Source: Eledone cirrhosa
Taxonomy: Eukaryota
Assembly (NCBI GenBank): GCA_964016885.1
Contig: OZ024745.1
Coordinates: forward strand, 4,898,001 to 4,962,000
Direction of reading: 5' to 3'
Length of the DNA: 64,000 bases
Of this stretch, positions 48,001 through 60,278 are shown in pieces. The position numbers and the translations under genes are program-made. The notes under the pieces are model-generated. The model did not search any database and was not told where the DNA came from. It saw only the letters and a list, made by a program, of their open reading frames with translations. Position 1 is the first letter of the stretch. Each line of letters starts with the position of its first letter.

Positions 48001-51000
48001 TCAGCATTATATTGATGGGAGAGACAATAGTGATGACAGTAACCATCACCATCAGGATTATATTGATGGGAGAGACAATAGTGATGACAGTAACCATCAC
48101 CATCATGATTATATTGATGGGAGAGACAATTGTGATGACAGTAACCATCACCATCAGGATTATATTGAGAGAGACAATAGTGATGACAGTAACCATCACC
48201 ATCAAGATTATATTGATGGGAGAGACAATAGTGATGACAGTAACCATCACCATCAGGATTATATTGAGAGAGACAATAGTGATGACAGTAACCATCACCA
48301 TCAGGATTATATTGATGGGAGAGACAATAGTGATGACAGTAACCATCACCATCATGATTATATTGATGGGAGAGACAATAGTGATGACAGTAACCATCAC
48401 CATCAGGATTATATTGAGAGAGACAATAGTGATGAAAGTAACCACCACCATCAAGATTATATTGATGGGAGAGACAATAGTGATGACAGTAACCATCACC
48501 ATCAGGATTATATTGAGAGAGACAATAGTGATGTCAGTAACCATCACCATCAAGATTATATTGATGGGAGAGACAATAGTGATGACAGTAACCATGACCA
48601 TCAGCATTATATTGATGGGAGAGACAATAGTGATGACAGTAACCATCACTATCACCATCAAGATTATATTGATGGAAGAGACAATAGTGATGACAGTAAC
48701 CATCACCATCAAGATTATATTGATGGGAGAGACAATAGTGATGACAGTAACCATCACCATCAAGATTATATTGATGGCAGAGACAATAGTGATGACAGTA
48801 ACCATCACCATCACTATCAGGATTATATTGATGGGAGAAACAATAGTGATGACAGTAACCATCACCATCACCATCAAGATTATATTGATGGGAGAGACAA
48901 TAGTGATGACAGTAACCATCACCATCAAGATTATATTGATGGGAGAGACAATAGTGATGACAGAAACCATCACCATCAGCATTATATTGATGGGAGAGAC
49001 AATTGTGATGACAGTAACCATCACCATCAAGATTATATTGATGGGAGAGACAATAGTGATGAAAGTAACCATCACCATCAAGATTATATTGATGAGAGAG
49101 ACAATTGTGATGACAGTAACCATCACCATCAAGATTATATTGATGGTAGAGACAATAGTGATGACAGTAACCATCACCATCACCAACAAGTTTATATTGA
49201 TGGGTGAGACAATAGTGATGACAGTAACCATCACCATCAGCATTATATTGATGGGAGAGACAATAGTGATGACAGTAACCATCACCATCAGGATTATATT
49301 GATGGGAGAGAGAATAGTGAAGACAGTAACCATCACCATCAGCATTATATTGATGGGAGAGACAATAGTGATGACAGTAACCATCACCATCAGGATTATA
49401 TTGATGGGAGAGACAATAGTGATGACAGTAACCATCACCATCAAGATTATATTGACGGGAGAGACAATAGTGATGACAGTAACCATCACCATCAAGATTA
49501 TATTGATGGTAGAGACAATAGTGATGACAGTAACCATCACCATCAGCATTATATTGATGGGAGAGACAATAGTGATGACAGAAACCATCACCATCAGGAT
49601 TATATTGATGGGAGAGACAATAGTGATGACAGTAACCATCACCATCAAGATTGTATTGATGGGAGAGACAATAGTGATGACAGTAACCATCACCATCAGG
49701 ATTATATTGATGGGAAAGACAATAGTGATGACAGTAACCATCACCATCACCATCAGCATTATATTGATGGGAGAGACAATAGTGATGACAGTAACCATCA
49801 CCATCAGGATTATATTGATGAGAGAGACAATAGTGATGACAGTAACCATCACCATCAAGATTATATTGATGGGAGAGACAATAGTGATGACAGTAACCAT
49901 CACCATCAGCATTATATTGATGGGAGAGACAATAGTGATGACAGTAACCATCACCATCAAGATTATATTGATGGGAGAGACAATAGAGATGACAGTAACC
50001 ATCACTATCTGGATTATATTGATTGGAGAAACAATAGTGATGACAGTAACCATCACCATCACCATCAAGATTATATTGGTGGGAGAGACAATAGTGATGA
50101 CAGTAACCATCACCATCAAGATTATATTGATGGGAGAGACAATAGTGATGACAGTAACCATCACCATCACCATCAAGATTATATTGATGGGAGAGACAAT
50201 AGTGATGACAGTAACCATCACCATCACCATCAAGATTATATTGATGGGAGAGACAATTGTGATGACAGTAACCATCACCATCCCCATCAGCATTATATTG
50301 ATGGGAGAAACAATAGTGATGACAGTAACCATCACCATCAGCATTATATTGATGGGAGAGACAATAATGATGACAGTAACCATCACCATCAGGATTATAT
50401 TGATAGGAGAGAGAATAGTGATGACAGTAACCATCACCATCAGGATTATATTGATGGGAGAGAGAATAGTGATGACAGTAACCATCACCATCAGGATTAT
50501 ATTGATGGGAGAGAGAATAGTGATGACAGTAACCATCACCATCACCATCGGGATTATATTGATGGGAGAGATAATAGGGATGACAGTAAACATCACCATC
50601 AAGATTATATTGATGGGAGAGACAATAGTGATGACAGTAACCATAACCATCACCATCAGGATTATATTGATGGGAGAAACAATAGTGATGACAGTAACAA
50701 TCACCATCACCATCAGGATTATATTGATGGGAGAGACAATAGTGATGACAGTAACCATCACCATCAGGATTATATTGATAGGAGAGACAATAGTGATGAT
50801 AGTAACCATCACCATCAGGATTATATTGATAGGAGAGACAATAGTGATGACAGTAACCATCACCATCACCATCAAGATTATATTGATGGGAGAGACAATA
50901 GTGATGACAGTAACCATCACCATCACCATCAAGATTATATTGATGGGAGAGACAATAGTGATGACCGTAACCATCATCATCAGCATTATATTGATGGGAG

Positions 51001-52196
51001 AGACAATAGTGATGACAGTAACCATCACCATAACCATCACTATCAGGATTATATTGACGGGAGAAACAATAGTGATGACAGTAACCATCACCATCACCAT
51101 CAAGATTATATTGATAGGAGAGACAATAGTGATGACAGTAACCATCACCATCACTATCATGATTATATTGATGGGAGAGACAATAGTGATGACAGTAACC
51201 ATCACCATCAGGATTATATTGATGGGAGAAACAATAGTGATGACAGTAACCATCACCATCAAGATTATATTGATGGTAGAGACAATAGTGATGACAGTAA
51301 CCATCACCATCACCATCAAGATTATATTGATGGGAGAGACAATAGTGATGACAGTAACCATCACCATCAGGATTATATTGATGGGAGAGACAATAGTGAT
51401 GACAGTAACCATCACCATCAGGATTATATTGATGGGAGAGAGAATAGTGATGACAGTAACCATCACCATCAAGATTATATTGATGGTAGAGACAATAGTG
51501 ATGACAGTAACCATCACCATCACCATCAAGATTATATTGATGGGAGAGACAATAGTGATGACAGTAACCATCACCATCAGGATTATATTGATGGGAGAGA
51601 CAATAGTGATGACAGTAACCATCACCATCAGGATTATATTGATGGGAGAGAGAATAGTGATGACAGTAACCATCACCATCAAGATTATATTGATGGGAGA
51701 GACAATAGTGATGACAGTAACCATCACCATCATCAAGATTATATTGATGGGAGAGACAATAGTGATGACAGTAACCATCACCATCACCATCAGGATTATA
51801 TTGATGGGAGAGACAATAGTGATGACAGTAACCATCACCATCAAGATTATATTGATGGGAAAGACAATAGTGATGACAGTAACCATCACCATCAGCATTA
51901 TATTGATGGGAGAGACAATAGTGATGACAGTAACCATCACCATCACATCAGGATTATATTGATGGGAGAGACAATAGTGATGACAGTAACCATCACCATC
52001 AAGATTATATTGATGGGAGAGACAATAGTGATGACAGTAACCATCACCATCAAGATTATATTGATGGGAAAGACAATAGTGATGACAGTAACCATCACCA
52101 TCACCATCAGCATTATATTGATGGGAGAGACAATAGTGATGACAGTAACCATCACCATCACATCAGGATTATATTGATGGGAGAAACAATAGTGAT
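1..52196. repeat. Giant 51-bp tandem minisatellite (about 1000 units, left end outside window); consensus GATGGGAGAGACAATAGTGATGACAGTAACCATCACCATCA(A/G)GATTATATT, with 57-bp variants from an extra CACCAT
   Basis: Seen directly: uninterrupted head-to-tail units from position 1 to ...GGGAGAAACAATAGTGAT at ~52196. Copy number is estimated as length/unit. The + frames read DGRDNSDDSNHHHQDYI and MGETIVMTVTITIKIIL; the third + frame has stops. Confidence 0.99.
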
Positions 52197-52214
52197 AGCA
52201 GGTATCAAAACAGC
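52167..52214 (+). CDS. Putative CEP112-like exon or exon 3' end formed by the last repeat unit plus unique sequence (DYIDGRNNSDSRYQNS); 5' boundary uncertain
   Basis: The repeat merges in frame into unique AGC AGG TAT CAA AAC AGC, followed by GTAAAA (52215, phase 0). A candidate acceptor CATCAG| ends at 52166. The phase matches the next candidate exon at 52302. No transcript evidence. Confidence 0.4.
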
Positions 52215-52301
52215 GTAAAATGGTTTTCAAATATCTTTTTACAACTATTTCTCATACTTGAAGAGTTATTTTTTGTAAATTTCGACATGTATTTAAAGCA
52301 G

Positions 52302-52350
52302 GTGACATCAGAATATACCACACCTTTACTAAATATCAATAACTTTACAG
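52302..52350 (+). CDS. Putative 49-bp CEP112-like exon (VTSEYTTPLLNINNFT+G), which is also the first unit of the 49-bp array
   Basis: Preceded by unique T-rich sequence ending TTTAAAGCAG (52301) and followed by GTGACA. It has 16 codons + 1 nt (phase 0 to phase 1), which is what the 57663 exon needs to stay in frame (G|GC = Gly). Confidence 0.55.
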
Positions 52351-55300
52351 GTGACATCACAATATATTACACCTTTACTAAATATCAATAACTTTACAGG
52401 TGACATCACAACATATTACACCTTTACTAAATATCAATAACTTTACAGGTGACATCACAATATACCACACCTTTACTAAATATCAATAACTTTACAGGTG
52501 ACATCACAATATATTACACCTTTACTAAATATCAATAACTTTACAGGTGACATCACAATATATTACACCTTTACTAAATATCAATAACTTTACAGGTGAC
52601 ATCACAATATACCACACCTTTACTAAATATCAATAACTTTACAGGTGACATCACAATATATTACACCTTTACTAAATATCAATAACTTTACAGGTGACAT
52701 CACAATATATTACACCTTTACTAAATATCAATAACTTTACAGGTGACATCACAACATATTACACCTTTACTAAATATCAATAACTTTACAGGTGACATCA
52801 CAATATACCACACCTTTACTAAATATCAATAACCTTACAGGTAACATCACAATATATTACACCTTTACTAAATATCAATAACTTTACAGGTGACATCACA
52901 ATATACCACACCTTTACTAAATATCAATAACTTTACAGGTGACATCACAACATATTACACCTTTACTAAATATCAATAACTTTACAGGTGACATCACAAT
53001 ATATTACACCTTTACTAAATATCAATAACTTTACAGGTAACATCACAATATATTACACCTTTACTAAATATCAATAACTTTACAGGTGACATCACAATAT
53101 ACCACACCTTTACTAAATATCAATAACTTTACAGGTGACATCACAACATATTACACCTTTACTAAATATCAATAACTTTACAGGTGACATCACAATATAT
53201 TACAACTTTACTAAATATCAATAACTTTACAGGTGACATCACAACATATTACACCTTTACTAAATATCAATAACTTTACAGGTGACATCACAACATATTA
53301 CACCTTTACTAAATATCAATAACTTTACAGGTGACATCACAATATATTACACCTTTACTAAATATCAATAACTTTACAGGTGACATCACAACATATTACA
53401 CCTTTACTAAATATCAATAACTTTACAGGTGACATCACAACATATTACACCTTTACTAAATATCAATAACTTTACAGGTGACATCACAATATACCACACC
53501 TTTACTAAATATCAATAACTTTACAGGTGACATCACAATATACCACACCTTTACTAAATATCAATAACTTTACAGGTGACATCACAATATACCACACCTT
53601 TACTAAATATCAATAACTTTACAGGTGACATCACAATATATTACACCTTTACTAAATATCAATAACTTTACAGGTGACATCAGAATATACCACACCTTTA
53701 CTAAATATCAATAACTTTACAGGTGACATCACAACATATTACACCTTTACTAAATATCAATAACTTTACAGGTGACATCACAACATATTACACCTTTACT
53801 AAATATCAATAACTTTACAGGTGACATCACAATATACCACACCTTTACTAAATATCAATAACTTTACAGGTGACATCACAACATATTACACCTTTACTAA
53901 ATATCAATAACTTTACAGGTGACATCACAACATATTACACCTTTACTAAATATCAATAACTTTACAGGTGACATCACAATATACCACACCTTTACTAAAT
54001 ATCAATAACTTTACAGGTGACATCACAATATACCACACCTTTACTAAATATCAATAACTTTACAGGTGACATCACAATATACCACACCTTTACTAAATAT
54101 CAATAACTTTACAGGTGACATCACAATATACCACACCTTTACTAAATATCAATAACTTTACAGGTGACATCACAACATATTACACCTTTACTAAATATCA
54201 ATAACTTTACAGGTGACATCAGAATATATTACACCTTTACTAAATATCAATAACTTTACAGGTGACATCACAACATATTACACCTTTACTAAATATCAAT
54301 AACTTTACAGGTGACATCACAATATATTACACCTTTACTAAATATCAATAACTTTACAGGTGACATCACAATATATTACACCTTTACTAAATATCAATAA
54401 CTTTACAGGTGACATCACAATATACCACACCTTTACTAAATATCAATAACTTTACAGGTGACATCACAATATACCACACCTTTACTAAATATCAATAACT
54501 TTACAGGTGACATCACAACATATTACACCTTTACTAAATATCAATAACTTTACAGGTGACATCACAACATATTACACCTTTACTAAATATCAATAACTTT
54601 ACAGGTGACATCAGAATATACCACACCTTTACTAAATATCAATAACTTTACAGGTGACATCAGAATATACCACACCTTTACTAAATATCAATAACTTTAC
54701 AGGTGACATCACAATATATTACACCTTTACTAAATATCAATAACTTTACAGGTGACATCACAACATATTACACCTTTACTAAATATCAATAACTTTACAG
54801 GTGACATCAGAATATACCACACCTTTACTAAATATCAATAACTTTACAGGTGACATCACAATATATTACACCTTTACTAAATATCAATAACTTTACAGGT
54901 GACATCACAATATATTACACCTTTACTAAATATCAATAACTTTACAGGTGACATCACAATATATTACACCTTTACTAAATATCAATAACTTTACAGGTGA
55001 CATCACAATATACCACACCTTTACTAAATATCAATAACTTTACAGGTGACATCACAATATACCACACCTTTACTAAATATCAATAACTTTACAGGTGACA
55101 TCACAACATATTACACCTTTACTAAATATCAATAACTTTACAGGTGACATCACAACATATTACACCTTTACTAAATATCAATAACTTTACAGGTGACATC
55201 AGAATATACCACACCTTTACTAAATATCAATAACTTTACAGGTGACATCAGAATATACCACACCTTTACTAAATATCAATAACTTTACAGGTGACATCAC

Positions 55301-57152
55301 AATATATTACACCTTTACTAAATATCAATAACTTTACAGGTGACATCACAACATATTACACCTTTACTAAATATCAATAACTTTACAGGTGACATCAGAA
55401 TATACCACACCTTTACTAAATATCAATAACTTTACAGGTGACATCACAATATATTACACCTTTACTAAATATCAATAACTTTACAGGTGACATCACAACA
55501 TATTACACCTTTACTAAATATCAATAACTTTACAGGTGACATCAGAATATACCACACCTTTACTAAATATCAATAACTTTACAGGTGACATCACAATATA
55601 TTACACCTTTACTAAATATCAATAACTTTACAGGTGACATCACAACATATTACACCTTTACTAAATATCAATAACTTTACAGGTGACATCAGAATATACC
55701 ACACCTTTACTAAATATCAATAACTTTACAGGTGACATCAGAATATACCACACCTTTACTAAATATCAATAACTTTACAGGTGACATCACAATATATTAC
55801 ACCTTTACTAAATATCAATAACTTTACAGGTGACATCACAACATATTACACCTTTACTAAATATCAATAACTTTACAGGTGACATCAGAATATATTACAC
55901 CTTTACTAAATATCAATAACTTTACAGGTGACATCACAACATATTACACCTTTACTAAATATCAATAACTTTACAGGTGACATCACAATATATTACACTT
56001 TTACTAAATATCAATAACTTTACAGGTGACATCACAATATATTACACCTTTACTAAATATCAATAACTTTACAGGTGACATCACAACATATTACACCTTT
56101 ACTAAATATCAATAACTTTACAGGTGACATCACAATATATTACACCTTTACTAAATATCAATAACTTTACAGGTGACATCAGAATATACCACACCTTTAC
56201 TAAATATCAATAACTTTACAGGTGACATCAAAATATACCACACCTTTACTAAATATCAATAACTTTACAGGTGACATCACAATATACCACACCTTTACTA
56301 AATATCAATAACTTTACAGGTGACATCACAACATATTACACCTTTACTAAATATCAATAACTTTACAGGTGACATCAGAATATACCACACCTTTACTAAA
56401 TATCAATAACTTTACAGGTGACATCACAATATACCACACCTTTACTAAATATCAATAACTTTACAGGTGACATCACAATATATTACACCTTTACTAAATA
56501 TCAATAACTTTACAGGTGACATCACAATATATTACACCTTTACTAAATATCAATAACTTTACAGGTGACATCACAATATACCACACCTTTACTAAATATC
56601 AATAACTTTACAGGTGACATCACAATATACCACACCTTTACTAAATATCAATAACTTTACAGGTGACATCACAATATATTACACCTTTACTAAATATCAA
56701 TAACTTTACAGGTGACATCACAACATATTACACCTTTACTAAATATCAATAACTTTACAGGTGACATCACAATATATTACACCTTTACTAAATATCAATA
56801 ACTTTACAGGTGACATCACAACATATTACACCTTTACTAAATATCAATAACTTTACAGGTGACATCAGAATATACCACACCTTTACTAAATATCAATAAC
56901 TTTACAGGTGACATCACAATATATTACACCTTTACTAAATATCAATAACTTTACAGGTGACATCACAACATATTACACCTTTACTAAATATCAATAACTT
57001 TACAGGTGACATCACAATATATTACACCTTTACTAAATATCAATAACTTTACAGGTGACATCACAATATATTACACCTTTACTAAATATCAATAACTTTA
57101 CAGGTGACATCACAATATATTACACCTTTACTAAATATCAATAACTTTACAG
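52302..57152. repeat. 49-bp tandem array, 99 units: GTGACATCA(C/G)AA(T/C)ATA(TT/CC)ACACCTTTACTAAATATCAATAACTTTACAG; a degenerate copy follows at 57153-~57190
   Basis: Seen directly. 57152-52302+1 = 4851 = 99 x 49, so there is no net indel. Every junction reads CAG|GT. Confidence 0.98.
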
Positions 57153-57270
57153 GTGACATCACAACCTTTCTAAATATTAATAACTTTATGATTTAGTAGA
57201 GATAATAGTTATTGTGAGTAATATACTCTGTTGAAAATGAGACTTCCACTCATGACCTTGTAGCCACTGT

Positions 57271-57371
57271 CATCATCATCATTGTTTTTGTCCCTTTTCC
57301 CAGCTGGTGTGGGTTGGATGAAAGGTTTTGATACAATCTTTTTAAGCTGTGTACCCTTCCTGATGCCAACC
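57271..57371 (-). mobile_element. Short decayed RTE-related/SINE 3'-end fragment with (CAT)n tail
   Basis: (CAT)4 followed by ...GGGTTGGATG...CCCTTCCTGATGCCAACC. It resembles the tail of the LINE at 59290 and is the reverse complement of the GGTTGG..GAAGGGCATCCAGC motif at 61095. Family assignment is from memory. Confidence 0.45.
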
Positions 57372-57662
57372 ATTTAGTCACCTCTTATGTAGGAATATTC
57401 TGTAGTTATTCTAAAAAACCAGGATACACACTGTAATTATTTAAATCAATCTAAGAATTATGGTTTTAATGTCACATTCAACTATTATGTTTCTATTATG
57501 TATAAATATGAGAAGCAGCCTATTGCTACTCTGAAACTGATTGCTAAAGGCTGATAAATTTCTAATAACCTTCCAAAATTTCTAACATAAGGAGAACATT
57601 TCCCATATTTGTAAAATTCTTTTCATAGAACTTTAATTATCTCCTCATATTTTATTTTACAG

Positions 57663-57712
57663 GCTTAATTGATGATTCTCAAAGATTAATTCAGTGTAAT
57701 GGACGCTATGAA
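57663..57712 (+). CDS. CEP112: Internal exon of CEP112-like gene ((G)LIDDSQRLIQCNGRYE)
   Basis: Polypyrimidine acceptor TTTTATTTTACAG| and consensus donor |GTAAGT. 50 bp, phase 1 to phase 0, in frame with the next two exons. Confidence 0.7.
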
Positions 57713-58556
57713 GTAAGTACTATTTCATGCTATTCCATTTTCTATTAAAAATTTGATCCTGGTCAGAGTTTCAAATAATATCAAATAGTAGAGATTAAAC
57801 CTGCTTTTGGAATCTAGATTCCATTCATATCTTTTATAAACGCACATCTTTCATCTCTCAATTGGGAATTGGTAAATATCTGCACATTTTTATTGTTTTT
57901 AAATTACAAAAGAATGATTGAAATTTTTGTAATACAAAGAATTGCCTTTGTTTGCATTGATGTGCATTATATTTATAGCAGTCTATTTTATAGCTAATAA
58001 ACCGCAATTCAACTGAAGTTTTATTTAGCTTTAGATGATATTCTTTTGATTAAATATCAGGTTGTAATGTAATTAAATTGTAAAAGGATGCTGTTGTATT
58101 GTGGTAAATTGTAATCATAAATTGTAATATAATAAAGTGCAAATAAAGCCGTTACAATAGCAATAAAGTACAATGACTTCTAAGCCATGACAATGACTTG
58201 TTTTATTGACTGTTGTTGTACAGGCAACAGTATGTCTTACCTTACATTTCTAAATCTAAAGCTACAGTCAATTGTGAGCAAAATTACATTTAAATATTCC
58301 CCTTATAATAAAAATTCTCTTTGAATGCACAATACTAAATATTAATTCCGTTTGATTGAAGGAAACTCAAACAATTAATTTTCTCGGTTTGTTTCGAGCT
58401 TCTCAGTCAAGAAGGACAGCTTATAATAGACTGTATGATGTCATTGTTATTTAATATTGTTTAGCTGATATATAAGGCATAAATTTAATTAAATATTTCT
58501 TGTTAAAAGATGTGTAGGAAAAGTTATAACTTGATATAAGTGGATAATGTTTATAG

Positions 58557-58606
58557 TATATATATATATATATGTATATCTATTTAGTGAATATCACACA
58601 GCTAGC

Positions 58607-58684
<78 letters not shown>

Positions 58685-58757
58685 AGCTAGCTATATATAT
58701 CACATAGCTAGCTATATATATATATATATATTACAGCTAGCTATATATATCACACAG

Positions 58758-58789
<32 letters not shown>

Positions 58790-58861
58790 CAGCTAGCTAT
58801 ATATATCACACAGCTATATATATATATATATCACACCTAGCTATATATATCACACAGCTAG

Positions 58862-58917
<56 letters not shown>
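58557..58917. repeat. Compound (TA)n microsatellite interleaved with CACACAGCTAGC units
   Basis: Seen directly; near-duplicate ATTTAGTGAA(T/C)ATCAC(A/T)CAGC sequences occur at ~58582 and ~58916. Confidence 0.95.
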
Positions 58918-58920
<3 letters not shown>

Positions 58921-59020
58921 GTGAACATCACTCAGCAAGTTGAGTCTGTCAATCAGTTCTGATTTCTATTTGATGTCATTTTTTGTTTAGTTTCTAAAAT
59001 AATATATTCAGAAAACCATG

Positions 59021-59147
59021 AATGTCACACCTGTCCCCTCCTACTTTTAGAATGTTAGGCTTCCTGACTACTCTAATAATGTCACACCTGTCCCCTCCTA
59101 CTTTTAGAATGTTAGGCTTCCTGACTACTCTAATAATGTCACACCTG
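59021..59147. repeat. 57-bp tandem duplication (about 2.2 copies)
   Basis: AATGTCACACCTG begins at 59021, 59078 and 59135, with identical intervening sequence. Confidence 0.95.
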
Positions 59148-59289
59148 ACATTTTAAACGTGAAGTTGAATATGTACTGTGGCATTAACAGGCAATAAGAA
59201 ACAACTGTAGAATATCTTTTTGGTATACCTTGATAAAGTTATATCTTGAAATAGATATGTTTTTATAAGAGAGCAGAAGAAATATATAT

Positions 59290-60278
59290 CATCATTATCA
59301 TTTTACATCCTTTGTTCCATGGTTTGGATGGGTCCTTCTCGCTACAGAATCTCTCCACTTTTTGCATTCCTTCATCATCTCTTCTGTGAGTCTCAGTGGT
59401 TTAAGGTCAGCTCTCACAACCTCTGTCCAGGTCTTTCTTGGTATACCTCAACTATGGCTTCCTTCCACTGGCATTTCCCAGCATTTCTTCACTCAATGAT
59501 CATTGTCCATGCCCATCACATGTCCATACTAACAACTCTTCTCTCCTGCACACCACCTTGCATTCCTCTTAAACCCAGCTTCTCTCTCAACTCATCCAAG
59601 TTTCGCCTTTCTCTTACACTTACCACACTTATATTGCACATACAATGGAGCTTCATTTTGCTTCAGTCTACGCACATTCTGTGCAGTTACAGCCCATATT
59701 TCACTACCATGCAGGCATCATACAGTTGTCCTTTTGTAAGGTGGGAGAAACCTTTTGTTATCAACAGTCAGAGTAGCTTTCTGAACTTTTTACATCCTAT
59801 CCTTATTCTAGCTTTTATGCTTTAAAGCAACCATTTTCCATTGCTAATTATGTCGCCTAGATATCAGAAGCTATAAACCACTTCTATAGGTCCTTCCTGT
59901 GACTAGGTTTACATCACTGGCTATCTTCCCTTTCGTTACTCCAGTCATCCCTTCCTGTTAATCTACTCGTCATCTCACTACATCTCTTATCTACTCAAGA
60001 TTTACATTGTATACATGATATGGAGTTTATGCCTACTCCCTTTCTACATATTGAACAGGGCCATTTCCCCGAAGGAATCAGGATCCTATCTTCTCTCCTA
60101 CTTACTAGCACTTTAGTTTTGGCTAAGTTTATTTCAGACCTTTTGATTCCAAATTCTGTTTTCATAGTCGGAACTTATTTTCTAGTTCTTTAATGGATTC
60201 AGTTATTTGAACCAGATCATCTTCATAAATTCCCATGGACAGCCATTTTGAAACACCTCCATTATAGCCTGGAGGATT
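59290..60278 (-). mobile_element. 5'-truncated, decayed RTE-clade non-LTR retrotransposon (reverse transcriptase C-terminal part)
   Basis: Manual minus-strand translation gives ILQAIMEVFQNGCPWE/YEDDLVQITESIKELENKFRL*KQNLESKGLK/NLAKTKVLVS (degenerate YADD motif), KWPCSICRKGVGINSISCIQCK and ARIRIGCKKFRKLL*LLITKGFSHLTKGQLYDA. Stops and frameshifts are present, with a CAT-like tail near 59290. Confidence 0.85.

Noticed and set aside
1-52177. Multi-thousand-aa MGETIVMTVTITIKIIL, MVMVTVITIVSPINIIL and DGDGYCHHYCLSHQYNL ORFs as standalone genes
   Set aside because: They are a consequence of a 3n repeat unit lacking stops in four frames. They overlap on both strands, have no unique domains, and the MGETIV and MVMVTV types are implausibly hydrophobic.
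1-57152. CRISPR-like array
   Set aside because: There are no unique spacers; units are contiguous near-identical copies, there are no cas genes, and the context is eukaryotic.
58572-58796. 74-aa YI-rich ORF
   Set aside because: Translation of the (TA)n microsatellite.
59319-59825. 168-aa + strand ORF
   Set aside because: Antisense shadow of the decayed RTE LINE on the minus strand.
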